The position numbers and the translations under genes were made by a program. Below, in pieces: positions 36,597 to 46,069 of a stretch of DNA of 64,000 nucleotides (the stretch's first letter is position 1; each line of letters begins with the position of its first letter). A model generated the notes under the pieces. The model did not search any database and had not been told where the DNA came from. It was given only the letters and a program-made list of their open reading frames with translations. Source of the DNA: a virus (lineage: Duplodnaviria > Heunggongvirae > Uroviricota > Caudoviricetes); the IMG/VR virus record IMGVR_UViG_3300025133_000019; one strand, 5' to 3'.

Positions 36597-38096
36597 ATGA
36601 GTGCTCCCATTATAAATAAATTCTTGTATACCTACTCCGGAGGCACTCTAAAGCCTTTATCCACTGATGAAGGTACGGTCATAAGTTTACAGGATATCGA
36701 AATTATTGATGCTGTAAATAGTTCAGACCCAACTGGTTTGGTGACCAAGAGCTATGTAGATACTATTGCTCAGGGTGCTATTAAAATACATGATAATGTA
36801 AAGGTTGCTACTACCGCTAATCTAACAGCAACTGCTTCAGGAGTAGGGTCAGGTAAAACATTAACTGGAGATACTAGTGCCTTAACTATTGATGGAATTT
36901 TGTTAAGCGTTCCAGATAGAGTTTTAGTAAAAGACCAAACCGATCAAATTGATAACGGAATTTATTACCTTTCTCAGCAGGGAAACGGATCAGTCCCTTG
37001 GATACTAACAAGAGGGAGTGATGGTGCAAGCGTAATTTTAGGCTCGTTTACCTTTGTGACAGACGGATCAGAAAACAAGAATTATGGGTTTGCACAATTT
37101 TCAGATAATGTAGACATAGATGTCGAAGTCTTGAAGTTCTCAGTGTTTAGCGCCCTCTTTAGCTTTATTGGCGGAGACGGGGTAGTTATTAATGCTAACA
37201 ATGTGGATTTAGATCTAGACTCCAGCTCTCCTTTAGAGATTGCAGGTGGTAAACTAAATATTACTAAAGCTACTGCAAGTGTTGATGGGTATTTAGACAA
37301 AACAGATTTTTCTACCTTTTTAGGTAAAGAGAACGCCCTCACTCATATTTTACCTTTAGACAGGGTAGGGGATACGATTACTCTCAATATTGTTAATGAT
37401 TTAACTACTGGTGGAGCATCTAAGGTTTTGTCTGCGGAGCAAGGCAAGGTTTTAAAAACTACTAAATCGGATATAAATAGTCCTACTTTTACTGGGACAG
37501 TTACTATTGACAGCGAAATGAATATCTCTGAGCCCACGAAGTTAACTCACCCAGTTTCTTTGGGGTATTTTAATACTAATTCTCCTGGTACAATAACTGA
37601 TCTTTCCGATGTTACAGATGATTTCGGGACCCAGGACCAGATTCTAAGAATAAATGAGAATGAACTCGTATTCACTGACTTACCTGGATTTTTTGATTTG
37701 GATCTTAGTCCTGCCAGTGTAAGCGGTGCAGACGATGGAAAAGTTTTAACTGTTGGCGGAGATGGCTCCGTTTCTTTCCAGACTTTTAATGGCGGTTATA
37801 AGCCAGAAAAAGGTAGAGGATACGAGATTGATTCCTCTCAAGAGACTCAGGGGTTTGTTATTATATCTGAGGAACCTGAGGACGAAACAGGGATAAAGGT
37901 ATTTAGGGATGAGGTTGGGATGCAGGTGGGCAGTTCCTTAATAGGAGTTACCAACAAGACACCAGATTTCAAGTATATCAATGATTCTGGCACTCATAAA
38001 TTATATTTCAAAAATTTGGATGGAGTTACAGGGTTGTCTGATAGCGGTTTGTTTATTGCAGGAAGCTTCTACTCAGTGTTTTACACGGCGAAATAA
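36597..38096 (+). CDS. virion fibre/structural protein, shares a module with 15499
   Basis: TKSYVD, VATTANL...RVLVKDQT...NGIY, LSAEQGKVL, LSDV motifs. Confidence 0.75.
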   Translation: MSAPIINKFLYTYSGGTLKPLSTDEGTVISLQDIEIIDAVNSSDPTGLVTKSYVDTIAQGAIKIHDNVKVATTANLTATASGVGSGKTLTGDTSALTIDGILLSVPDRVLVKDQTDQIDNGIYYLSQQGNGSVPWILTRGSDGASVILGSFTFVTDGSENKNYGFAQFSDNVDIDVEVLKFSVFSALFSFIGGDGVVINANNVDLDLDSSSPLEIAGGKLNITKATASVDGYLDKTDFSTFLGKENALTHILPLDRVGDTITLNIVNDLTTGGASKVLSAEQGKVLKTTKSDINSPTFTGTVTIDSEMNISEPTKLTHPVSLGYFNTNSPGTITDLSDVTDDFGTQDQILRINENELVFTDLPGFFDLDLSPASVSGADDGKVLTVGGDGSVSFQTFNGGYKPEKGRGYEIDSSQETQGFVIISEEPEDETGIKVFRDEVGMQVGSSLIGVTNKTPDFKYINDSGTHKLYFKNLDGVTGLSDSGLFIAGSFYSVFYTAK

Positions 38097-38168
38097 TATT
38101 ATTTTATTATCAAGAGTAATTATAGAACTAAATCATAATTTTTTGTGCTTCTTTTAGGAGAAAATGGT

Positions 38169-39002
38169 ATGGATAAAAACAATTTAAAAGAATTAATTGA
38201 GGGTCTAGATTGGTCTAAGATTCCAGAAGGTGTTGAAGCAAAGGCAACTCAAATATTCGACGAAGGCTTTGCCATGTACGCATCTGCTTCTGACGAAGAA
38301 AAGGAAGTTATTAGAGGAAAAGGTCTCAAAATGATAGAGACTTTGTCCAGGGTAGCCGGAATAGATAAGTCTCCTGCTCCTATTGACGTTTGGGCCTCTT
38401 CGGTGGATACTATATGTGACGATGTTATAAAGCTGTCTGCTATGGAAGATACCTTAAGTGAGCTAGACGGATTAGAGGAAGATATGGAAGAAGATATGGA
38501 ATCTCCAGAAGAGGATCTTGAGCTTATGGATGAAGAAGTCCCAGAAGAGGGTTTACCAGAGGAACTGCCGTCGGAAGAACTCCCCGTAGAGAAGCCTATG
38601 ACTGAAGAACTTCCTATGGAAGAAGCTCCCGAAGAGATATTAACAGAAGAAGCTCCCGAAGAAGCTCCCGAAGAAGCTCCCGAAGAAGCTCCCGAAGAAG
38701 CTCTTTTAGAGAACGACGGAGAAAGTAAAGATCTGACTAGCGAGATTGATGCGTTGTTAGAGAGTATGGAGGATTCCCCAGAGAGAGAAGAAGAGTCTCA
38801 GGAAGACTTAGAACCCCTAGAAATGAAAGACGACTCCACTGAGGAAGCTCCTTTACCAGAAGAGGTTATGGAAGAACCCCTAGAGGAAGTTGTTGACATG
38901 GAAGAGCCCACAGAGGAGATCTCGGTTGAGAGTAGCTTAGAGTTTGATGAAAGTTACTACAACGAAGTGGATCAGGAAATCGACGAGCTTTGCCGAAGTT
39001 AA
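38169..39002 (+). CDS. very acidic protein with EEAP repeats, possible prohead core protein
   Basis: AGGAG SD before ATG 38169; very E/D-rich C-terminal two-thirds. Confidence 0.7.
   Translation: MDKNNLKELIEGLDWSKIPEGVEAKATQIFDEGFAMYASASDEEKEVIRGKGLKMIETLSRVAGIDKSPAPIDVWASSVDTICDDVIKLSAMEDTLSELDGLEEDMEEDMESPEEDLELMDEEVPEEGLPEELPSEELPVEKPMTEELPMEEAPEEILTEEAPEEAPEEAPEEAPEEALLENDGESKDLTSEIDALLESMEDSPEREEESQEDLEPLEMKDDSTEEAPLPEEVMEEPLEEVVDMEEPTEEISVESSLEFDESYYNEVDQEIDELCRS
38646..38702 (+). repeat. 12-bp tandem repeat GAAGAAGCTCCC x4.75
   Basis: Direct reading; an extra copy lies at 38619-38630. Confidence 0.95.
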
Positions 39003-39014
39003 TCATGTTTACAA

Positions 39015-39824
39015 ATGGAAAAAATTGGTTTAGTTTATAATATTTCTACAGAAGATTATATTTTAGAATATCCCCTTGAGATTGAAATCCAAGGGGATTT
39101 TTTATTAGTTTATCCAGAGGATTTTCCTATTCCAATAGGAAAACTGGAGTTGAAATGTGTTCTGAGTTCTAGACCTTCTACAGGCAACCACTGGGACCAT
39201 TCCAGTATTTACTTGAAGAAGAGTTCGGACAGCGATTTAGATTATTGCAGGCAAGCTTTAGTTCAAGGCAAGTATGATGATGAACTAAGAGCCATGATGT
39301 CTTTACCTGACCTTGAAGATTACCGAGTTCTAGCGTCTTTATCTACGGAGAAGCCAGTTGTTTCGGCTTTATTAGTAAATGGTAATCCTCAGGGAATTAA
39401 TGAGGGTAATCCTATTATCCTTGAGTCCCTTTCTATAAGAGATACTATTAGATTTGAAAATGGTGCTAAGGCTAGGTTATCGCTAGTTTTATTTGATGAA
39501 GACTCTACTTTACCTTATGACATAGAACTGGACAATATAGATATTGTTATGATTGTACAATCTCTATCCCCTAATATTGAAGGTGCCAGTTCTTTAGATA
39601 CAAACAAGACTGTCAGAGCTGACTATTATCTGGATATAGGTCCTAGAAAAGAGGACATTATGAGAGAGATAGAGAGTAATATTAGCTTAGATCAAGAACC
39701 AGCATCTGTTCGGGATATTATTGATGGCATACTAGACTTTTCCATGAACGGATTGTTGTATGTAAGCAAAGATATTGTCAGTATTGATAAGTCTTTGGAA
39801 GTCCTGTTACCGAAACCTAATTGA
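39015..39824 (+). CDS. hypothetical protein
   Basis: 269-aa ORF. Confidence 0.7.
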   Translation: MEKIGLVYNISTEDYILEYPLEIEIQGDFLLVYPEDFPIPIGKLELKCVLSSRPSTGNHWDHSSIYLKKSSDSDLDYCRQALVQGKYDDELRAMMSLPDLEDYRVLASLSTEKPVVSALLVNGNPQGINEGNPIILESLSIRDTIRFENGAKARLSLVLFDEDSTLPYDIELDNIDIVMIVQSLSPNIEGASSLDTNKTVRADYYLDIGPRKEDIMREIESNISLDQEPASVRDIIDGILDFSMNGLLYVSKDIVSIDKSLEVLLPKPN

Positions 39825-39849
39825 AAATAAATAGCTGCCATGTTATAAA
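39821..39849 (+). promoter_or_regulatory. sigma70 promoter, probably leaderless transcript
   Basis: TTGAAA-17 bp-TATAAA with TGn; ATG begins 7 nt after the -10. Confidence 0.6.
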
Positions 39850-39855
39850 TGGTTA

Positions 39856-40569
39856 ATGGCTAACTCTATTCCCCAATACCTAAAGCTTTGTAATAAAGAG
39901 ATTAAACACCAGTCCTGTTCCGAAGCATTGGAGTATGTTCAATCAAGATTTGTGACTGACGAGTTGCTGAGTAAATACGGTATCGGGTTCTCCCCCTGCG
40001 AGTGGACTGTTGATAAGGATCTTCCGTTTTGCTCCAGATTGATGGACGAGTTTCCAAGGTCTAAGAAATACCTTACTAAGAAGCTTGTTTTTCCAATCCT
40101 AAATTACTCTGGGGAGTCGTCAGGATTCATCATAAGAAGTATAGGGGAGCACAAGTTTTATAAAAAGTTCTTGTTTTATCCGCACATGCCGTTTTATAAT
40201 ATGTACGGACTGCACGAGAATTTGGAGGCCATAAAGAAAGCAAAGAGTATTTTTTTAGTGGAATCCATCTTTGATTTAGTAGCGGTGTCTCCATGGGTTG
40301 ATACTGGAGTGGCTTTGCTAGGGACAGCTTTCTTAGATAGTCAAATGGCTTTTTTGAAGAGGTACGTTAACAAGGTATATTTAGGATTTAATAACGACAG
40401 CAATACCGAACATCAGACTGGTAATAAGGCAACTGAGTATGCTGCCAGACAACTAAAGAAATTCGGGATCAGGTCTGTGAGTATTAAGTTGCCGGATGGC
40501 ATAAACGATTTCAGCGACATGAGACAGGAAATTGATGATTTAGGTCCTTTTATAGGTAATTATTTTTAA
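39856..40569 (+). CDS. DnaG-like primase catalytic core (TOPRIM), no zinc-binding domain
   Basis: Y..SR...YGIGF, LVFPI.N..G...GF..R, LVESIFD, ALLGT, FNND..G..A, LPDG.ND. Confidence 0.85.
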   Translation: MANSIPQYLKLCNKEIKHQSCSEALEYVQSRFVTDELLSKYGIGFSPCEWTVDKDLPFCSRLMDEFPRSKKYLTKKLVFPILNYSGESSGFIIRSIGEHKFYKKFLFYPHMPFYNMYGLHENLEAIKKAKSIFLVESIFDLVAVSPWVDTGVALLGTAFLDSQMAFLKRYVNKVYLGFNNDSNTEHQTGNKATEYAARQLKKFGIRSVSIKLPDGINDFSDMRQEIDDLGPFIGNYF

Positions 40570-40578
40570 GGAGAAATT

Positions 40579-41592
40579 ATGGACAGGTTAATAGATTTAA
40601 CGCTTATTTCAAAACACTTTAATAATATATATGACAATACAGAATTTCATACCGTAGATTTATCTGAGGCACGGTTTCATTATATAAATACAGACACTCC
40701 TTTTATCTCGTACGGAGGGTACAAGTTTCTTATTACTTCTGATTGGGTTAAAAAACAGTTATGTAAGTTGATAGGGGTATCCGAGAAGTTTTACAATAGA
40801 AGCCCCGAGGATCTATCAGAAGAGAACCTTAACACCCACTCCCAGTTTCTTAAAGAAAATCAGACAAAAGTAGTGTTTGTTACGGTTAAAACTAAAGAAC
40901 CTTTAGAATTTGTTATGAGAGGAATAATATCTGAAGATTATTTACAACTAAGCAACCTTCAGGTGATAAAAGAAGTTGTGAATCATTTAGATGAATACAA
41001 TATTAAAGGCATACGAGATTTATCCGGGGTTGATGCGTTTTCGCAAGATTGGAATGGTATAGTAGTGAGCAATTACTCTATAGACTTACAAGGAAACTCC
41101 TGGAACCGGGGGTATTTTATAACCGGGTCTGAACTAGGAAGTTCTAAACTAGTAATAACTCCGGCTCTTTATAACCACGATAAAGACTTGTTTCTCATTC
41201 TTCAGAGAAGTAGGAATGGTAAGTTTATACTTGAAGTAAAGTATGAAAGCCCAAAGAATGGAACATTGATGCCCCAAATTAGGGATTCATTAGCTGTAAG
41301 TGATACACTGTTTAATGGATGCCTTCAAGAAGTCTCTGAGGCGTTTTCCCAGGAGTTTGAGGATCAGCAGAGCCTTTACGATCTTTTGGCAGACTGGGAA
41401 ACTAGAAAGAATATAAGCAATTCTGTGATAGGTAAAGTTAGAAAGACTTTGGATACTCAGGACTCTGAAGAATACACCTCTAGACTAGGGGAGTTGTGTG
41501 AGCTTTTTGTTGAGGAAGGTTTGAAAGGCAATTTAAACGTAGCGCTTAAGACTAGTGGGTACGTTTCTGATAAATTAGGATTTTCGGGTTAA
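40579..41592 (+). CDS. DUF932-like protein
   Basis: QLCKLIGV...RGIISEDY...SN...GYFITGSE.G.SKL.I.PALY resembles DUF932. Confidence 0.55.
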   Translation: MDRLIDLTLISKHFNNIYDNTEFHTVDLSEARFHYINTDTPFISYGGYKFLITSDWVKKQLCKLIGVSEKFYNRSPEDLSEENLNTHSQFLKENQTKVVFVTVKTKEPLEFVMRGIISEDYLQLSNLQVIKEVVNHLDEYNIKGIRDLSGVDAFSQDWNGIVVSNYSIDLQGNSWNRGYFITGSELGSSKLVITPALYNHDKDLFLILQRSRNGKFILEVKYESPKNGTLMPQIRDSLAVSDTLFNGCLQEVSEAFSQEFEDQQSLYDLLADWETRKNISNSVIGKVRKTLDTQDSEEYTSRLGELCELFVEEGLKGNLNVALKTSGYVSDKLGFSG

Positions 41593-41593
41593 T

Positions 41594-42796
41594 GTGGAAG
41601 TTAGACAGTCTTATATAACCAAGTACAGGCCAAAAAGGTTTGAGAATGTAATTGGTCAAGACCCAAGTACCATCTATTTCCGGAAAGCAATATCCAAGGA
41701 TATGCACCCTAGCGGGTGGTTGATTACTGGACCCTATGGATTAGGTAAAACTACTATAAGTAGAATCTATGCTAAGTCAGTTTTATGTCCTAATGTAGAA
41801 GAAGATGGTAACCCCTGTAATCAATGCGATTCATGTGTTCAAGTAGATCAAGACTGTAATCCGAATTACATCGAGATTGATGCTGGATCAAATTCTGGGG
41901 TTAAAGAGATTCAAGAGATACTTGATCAAAGCAGGAATTTACCGTTGAACGGTAGCAAGTATAAGGTTATTGCTATTGATGAGTGCCATGTGATCTCTAA
42001 ACAGGCTCAGATTAAGCTATTGAAGCCGGTAGAAGATGGCATAAGTCATCTTATCATGGTTTTTCTGACTACTGACCCTGACAAACTGAATGACGCATTC
42101 AGGTCGAGGCTCTTTAGAGTTGATATATCTGTTCCAGACTTAGATAAAGTCGTAGAGGTATTGGAATCTATTTGCACAGAGGAAGGTAGAGAGTACGACA
42201 AGTCTGTCTTAGAAACTATATCCAGACAATCCAGGGGCCACTTTAGGGACGCTGTAAATTCCTTGGAGAAGTATTTAAGTTTAGGGGGAGATCAGATAAC
42301 TGGTCTTGAGGAAAGGATTTTAAAAGTATCTGATCTGCTATTAAAGATCCCCAAGGATGTTGAGGGAGCTATTAAAATTTTCCAGCATTTAACAACGATG
42401 ATGTCTTCCAAGGCGATTTGGGAATCTATGCTAGAAGTTTTAAACAACAGTACTAAAGTTAAGTACATATCTTCTAGTTTCTTTAGTGAGAACGAGATTA
42501 TAAAGTACAAGGAAATAGAAGAAGAGTACACAGAAAAGAATCTTTTCGGGGTTTACGATTTTCTATTAAAACAGCCAGTCTCTTCCCTGAGCTATGGTCC
42601 ATTAGAGCAGCTTGTTATTATGTTGCATGCCTATTTGAAGAATAGGGTGGTGTATTCTGTCGAAGATCACGTAGAAGATAATAATAACGGGTTTAAGTCA
42701 GACCATTTTAAGAAGTCTTATAACAGAAAAGCTCAATCGAGAGCCGAGGAGTCCGTACCACTAGAAGAGTTCACGGATTCCCTCAAAAGCACCTAA
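41594..42796 (+). CDS. dnaX: DNA polymerase III gamma/tau-like clamp loader
   Basis: KYRPKRFENVIGQ, GPYGLGKTT, C..PCNQCDSC, EIDAGSNSGV, IDECH, SR, GHFRDA. Confidence 0.88.
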   Translation: MEVRQSYITKYRPKRFENVIGQDPSTIYFRKAISKDMHPSGWLITGPYGLGKTTISRIYAKSVLCPNVEEDGNPCNQCDSCVQVDQDCNPNYIEIDAGSNSGVKEIQEILDQSRNLPLNGSKYKVIAIDECHVISKQAQIKLLKPVEDGISHLIMVFLTTDPDKLNDAFRSRLFRVDISVPDLDKVVEVLESICTEEGREYDKSVLETISRQSRGHFRDAVNSLEKYLSLGGDQITGLEERILKVSDLLLKIPKDVEGAIKIFQHLTTMMSSKAIWESMLEVLNNSTKVKYISSSFFSENEIIKYKEIEEEYTEKNLFGVYDFLLKQPVSSLSYGPLEQLVIMLHAYLKNRVVYSVEDHVEDNNNGFKSDHFKKSYNRKAQSRAEESVPLEEFTDSLKST

Positions 42797-42820
42797 GATA
42801 TTATGTTATATAAGATGTAG

Positions 42821-42849
42821 TTGATTTATTACAGTAATTTTGTTATAAT
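42821..42849 (+). promoter_or_regulatory. strong sigma70 promoter overlapped by a palindromic operator-like site
   Basis: TTGATT-17 bp-TATAAT with TGn; dyad centred at 42852/42853. Confidence 0.7.
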
Positions 42850-42902
42850 GAATTCATAACTATTTAATTACTGTATAATCTTCTACTCCTATAAAATTCA
42901 TA

Positions 42903-43508
42903 ATGCCAGAAAAACAATTTATCGCTTTCGAATCTAATAATAATTCAAAAAAATACGAAAAATCAGAAATAATAGGGTCTATACAAAGATCTTTAATGGA
43001 TTTAAACAGGTCCCGCAAAAAAAACTACAAGGTACTGTTAAAAGATATTAAAGAAAGTATCCAGAATCTAGAGATATTCCTCCCTTTTAGAGAACTTCAA
43101 AAGGGAGGCTATTTTTTAAAAGAGAAAGAGTTTTATCTTCCTGGGTATGGATTCATTGAGTACGATCCTAATGTAACCTACTTAGGTTTAGATGAAAATA
43201 TCCACGTTAATCAGATTGTTTTGAATGAGGATTCTGAAGAATTAGATTTAGTCTCTGGCGAGGTTATAGAGTCAGAACAAATGAAGATGGATGAGTTCTT
43301 TAAAGGCCAGTTTAAATCAGGACAATTAGTTCAGATTATAGGCGGTACTTACGCTGACTTACCAGCTAGGGTTGTCGAGTTAGATGATTCTGATGGAAAA
43401 TACAAAGTAGTGGTATGTTTCAGGTCTGATATAAGGTATCTAAAAGTGGATTCGGACAAACTACGGATATTCGAGTTTGACAGAATTATTATAGAAGAGG
43501 ATTTTTAA
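42903..43508 (+). CDS. NusG/RfaH-family transcription elongation or antitermination factor
   Basis: NGN-like IFLP...YLPGYGFIE and KOW FKSGQLVQIIGGTYADLPARVVE. Confidence 0.8.
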   Translation: MPEKQFIAFESNNNSKKYEKSEIIGSIQRSLMDLNRSRKKNYKVLLKDIKESIQNLEIFLPFRELQKGGYFLKEKEFYLPGYGFIEYDPNVTYLGLDENIHVNQIVLNEDSEELDLVSGEVIESEQMKMDEFFKGQFKSGQLVQIIGGTYADLPARVVELDDSDGKYKVVVCFRSDIRYLKVDSDKLRIFEFDRIIIEEDF

Positions 43509-43543
43509 GACGTTCCTAATTGGAACTCAAGGCAGGTACTATA

Positions 43544-44209
43544 ATGTCCAGTAAAGGTTATTACGTAATTCCCCTTTCTCCCGACAAGTTCGAGACAATG
43601 GGGAACGACAGATCTCTTTATAATGATACTGTTGAGGAAGAGGTAGAAAAGAAAGAATCCGGAGATATCGAGGAATCACCGGCTGAGCTATTAGAAAAGA
43701 GGTGGAAGAAGTACCAGGAAATCAAAAGTCTCTTGCCCGAACGTGAGATAGATATGCTAGAGATGTCCTTTTTACATGGAAAAGACCAGACTAGTATAGG
43801 GGAGATTTTTAATGTAACTCAGGGAGACGTTTCGTACAGAATAAGAAGAGTTTCTCATAGAATAATGTATTTAATGTCCCTCCCTGAAATTGATATGGAA
43901 GAAATGAGGCTAGACTTGTCTAAAGTATTAGACGAAGAGAAAGTTATAATACTTTTTCTATTGCTAAAATATACTTCTCAGTCCAAAGTTGGAGAAGAAC
44001 TTGGAATGCCTCAAGGAAAAGTTAGACATAGGTACATAAGCGCCATGTCTAGTATACGTAAAAAAGCGTTCAAGGACCTAAAATTTATTATGTATTATGA
44101 TCTTTTTTGTAAACTACAAGGCAACTATAATGCTCTAAGAACTTTAGATGTTCAGGATAGATGGAAGCATAAGTTTACTAAGGAAGAGCCAGAATTTGAG
44201 ATGGATTAA
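43544..44209 (+). CDS. regulator with two tandem sigma70 region-4-like HTH domains
   Basis: LPEREIDMLEMSF.HGKDQTSIGEIFNVTQGDVSYR and SQSKVGEELGMPQGKVRHR. Confidence 0.7.
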   Translation: MSSKGYYVIPLSPDKFETMGNDRSLYNDTVEEEVEKKESGDIEESPAELLEKRWKKYQEIKSLLPEREIDMLEMSFLHGKDQTSIGEIFNVTQGDVSYRIRRVSHRIMYLMSLPEIDMEEMRLDLSKVLDEEKVIILFLLLKYTSQSKVGEELGMPQGKVRHRYISAMSSIRKKAFKDLKFIMYYDLFCKLQGNYNALRTLDVQDRWKHKFTKEEPEFEMD

Positions 44210-44296
44210 TAAAATATCTTCCTGATAGTCTTTTTATTTCAGGTTGTATTTAAACTGTATTCAAAAATTTTTTGAGCTGTCCGAGAGAAAAAGCAT

Positions 44297-46057
44297 ATGT
44301 CAGATTTTATAGATTCTTTTAGCATGGGAAGTCAGTATACCATTACTGACGAGGGATTTAATATTGATGATTCCCCTAGTATAAATACCGACGACGAGTT
44401 GGGGAATAGATTCTCAACGAATTTAGGTTTGGTCCAAAGTAACACTAGGATAGCCAATTCTCTAGAGGACTTATACAAGGATGAAGAAGAATTAAATTTA
44501 AGAGTTTTTATACACAACCTCATACTAAAGAAAGGTATAAGGGGTAAGCATCTGGTTTCTGCTCTTGAGAAAGTCTACGAACCAAATTTTTTAAATTCTT
44601 ACAAAAAGCTTGTTGCCTCTTATGTTAAGAGAGACTATTTAATCGGAAACGTTTATGACGACTTGAGTCCTTATGGATCGTGTGTACCGTTAAAATCGGT
44701 TATTAAAAGAAGCTCTGCTAAGCTTATAGTAAAGTGTGGAGAGTGTAGTGCATGCCCTTTTAATGTTAAGAATAATTGCGGTGCTTACGGAAAAACCCTT
44801 GTAGATTCCCCTTCCCAAGTAGATTACCAAAAAGTAGCGAGTCAAATAGGTATAGACGGCGACCCTACAGCCATAAACATTAATGCCCATTATAAGAAAG
44901 AATCGGAATCTCTAAAGGTTCCAACCATTAAAAAGAGTGGGCACACAGTATTTAATAGTAATCATAAAAAAGAGTCTCAATACAATTTAAAAGCCGAGAC
45001 CAAAAAGAACGATCCTACTAAATTAAATTGGGACCAGATTAAGAAAGCTAGTAAAAGCGGAGACACTAAAAAAATTCTCTCCTTTTTCATTAGGAAAAAC
45101 ATAGATGCCGGAACATTGGATTTTAAAAGGATGTTCCAGGGCTGTGATGTCAGCGATTTGAGAAATCACAAGACTTTATTAAAAAAGGTAGCTTATAAGT
45201 ATTTGGCCGAGGATTCAGTGCTAGGAGAAGTTATAGATTTCTACGAGCTTCCTTTATTAAATAGAAGGTTGCCTGCGAGTATTCAGGATGAATCTCAGTG
45301 GTATAATCTTAGAGCAGAAGAAGAGGCAGAAAAGAGTTTGCTTTTTGTAAGAGATGGAGCTAATAAAAAGAAATCTTCTCTCGATCAGGGTAGCATGACT
45401 TGGAATTCATTTAGAAATAGATATTCAGGGTCTGAAACCAAAGACGTTTTAGATCATTTTATTCTAGCTAGGATTTCGTCTGATAGTGTTAATCTGGATC
45501 AGATGTTTTCTGGATCTAATTTGGAAGAAGTCAACATTAATATTAAAGCAAGCACTAAACGAGCTTTAAAAAAATATAAGGGCTTTAAGAAATATTTTGC
45601 CAAGACTTATTCGGAAGATACCTTTAAAACGCATAAGAAAGAAGCTAACTTAGAACCTGATCTTCCTTATTCTTCGTCCGGACAAGCCGGAGATGTAATG
45701 AAGATGGTTAGCAGCAAAACTAAATTAGATTTGACAAGTCTACAAAGCGAGTTTAATAAGGTCTTAAAGACTAATAATTTGAACTCTACTATGAAATTTG
45801 TAGCTAAATATGAAATAAAACCTGATGATTTAAGTTTTTTAGTTAAGGGGTCTGTTAAGAGTTTCCCTGAAGTAAAAAATCTTTGTTTCAAGCTTTTATC
45901 TAAATTAGGAGTTATTAAAAAAAGTTCCAAAAAAGTTTCTTCAACAAGAAGAGAAAGTAAAGTTGATTTTGACAGCTTAACTATTGATGGATCAGAATTA
46001 GAAAATAACAATGACTCTATAGAAGATATCAAGCTTTCATCGGGAGTAATTTTATAA
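44297..46057 (+). CDS. Cys-cluster protein with internal duplication, probable head/prohead protein
   Basis: C..C..C......C cluster; ESQ(W)YNL(K/R)AE...W...L..FI...MF.G repeated twice. Confidence 0.65.
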   Translation: MSDFIDSFSMGSQYTITDEGFNIDDSPSINTDDELGNRFSTNLGLVQSNTRIANSLEDLYKDEEELNLRVFIHNLILKKGIRGKHLVSALEKVYEPNFLNSYKKLVASYVKRDYLIGNVYDDLSPYGSCVPLKSVIKRSSAKLIVKCGECSACPFNVKNNCGAYGKTLVDSPSQVDYQKVASQIGIDGDPTAININAHYKKESESLKVPTIKKSGHTVFNSNHKKESQYNLKAETKKNDPTKLNWDQIKKASKSGDTKKILSFFIRKNIDAGTLDFKRMFQGCDVSDLRNHKTLLKKVAYKYLAEDSVLGEVIDFYELPLLNRRLPASIQDESQWYNLRAEEEAEKSLLFVRDGANKKKSSLDQGSMTWNSFRNRYSGSETKDVLDHFILARISSDSVNLDQMFSGSNLEEVNINIKASTKRALKKYKGFKKYFAKTYSEDTFKTHKKEANLEPDLPYSSSGQAGDVMKMVSSKTKLDLTSLQSEFNKVLKTNNLNSTMKFVAKYEIKPDDLSFLVKGSVKSFPEVKNLCFKLLSKLGVIKKSSKKVSSTRRESKVDFDSLTIDGSELENNNDSIEDIKLSSGVIL

Positions 46058-46069
46058 AAGGAGCTTTGA

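Noticed and set aside
15883-37014. Diversity-generating retroelement TR/VR pair
   Set aside because: Differences are not adenine-specific, both copies are internal coding sequence, and no reverse transcriptase is in the window
38619-38702. EEAP repeat as a phase-variation switch
   Set aside because: The 12-bp unit preserves frame, so it is a low-complexity linker only
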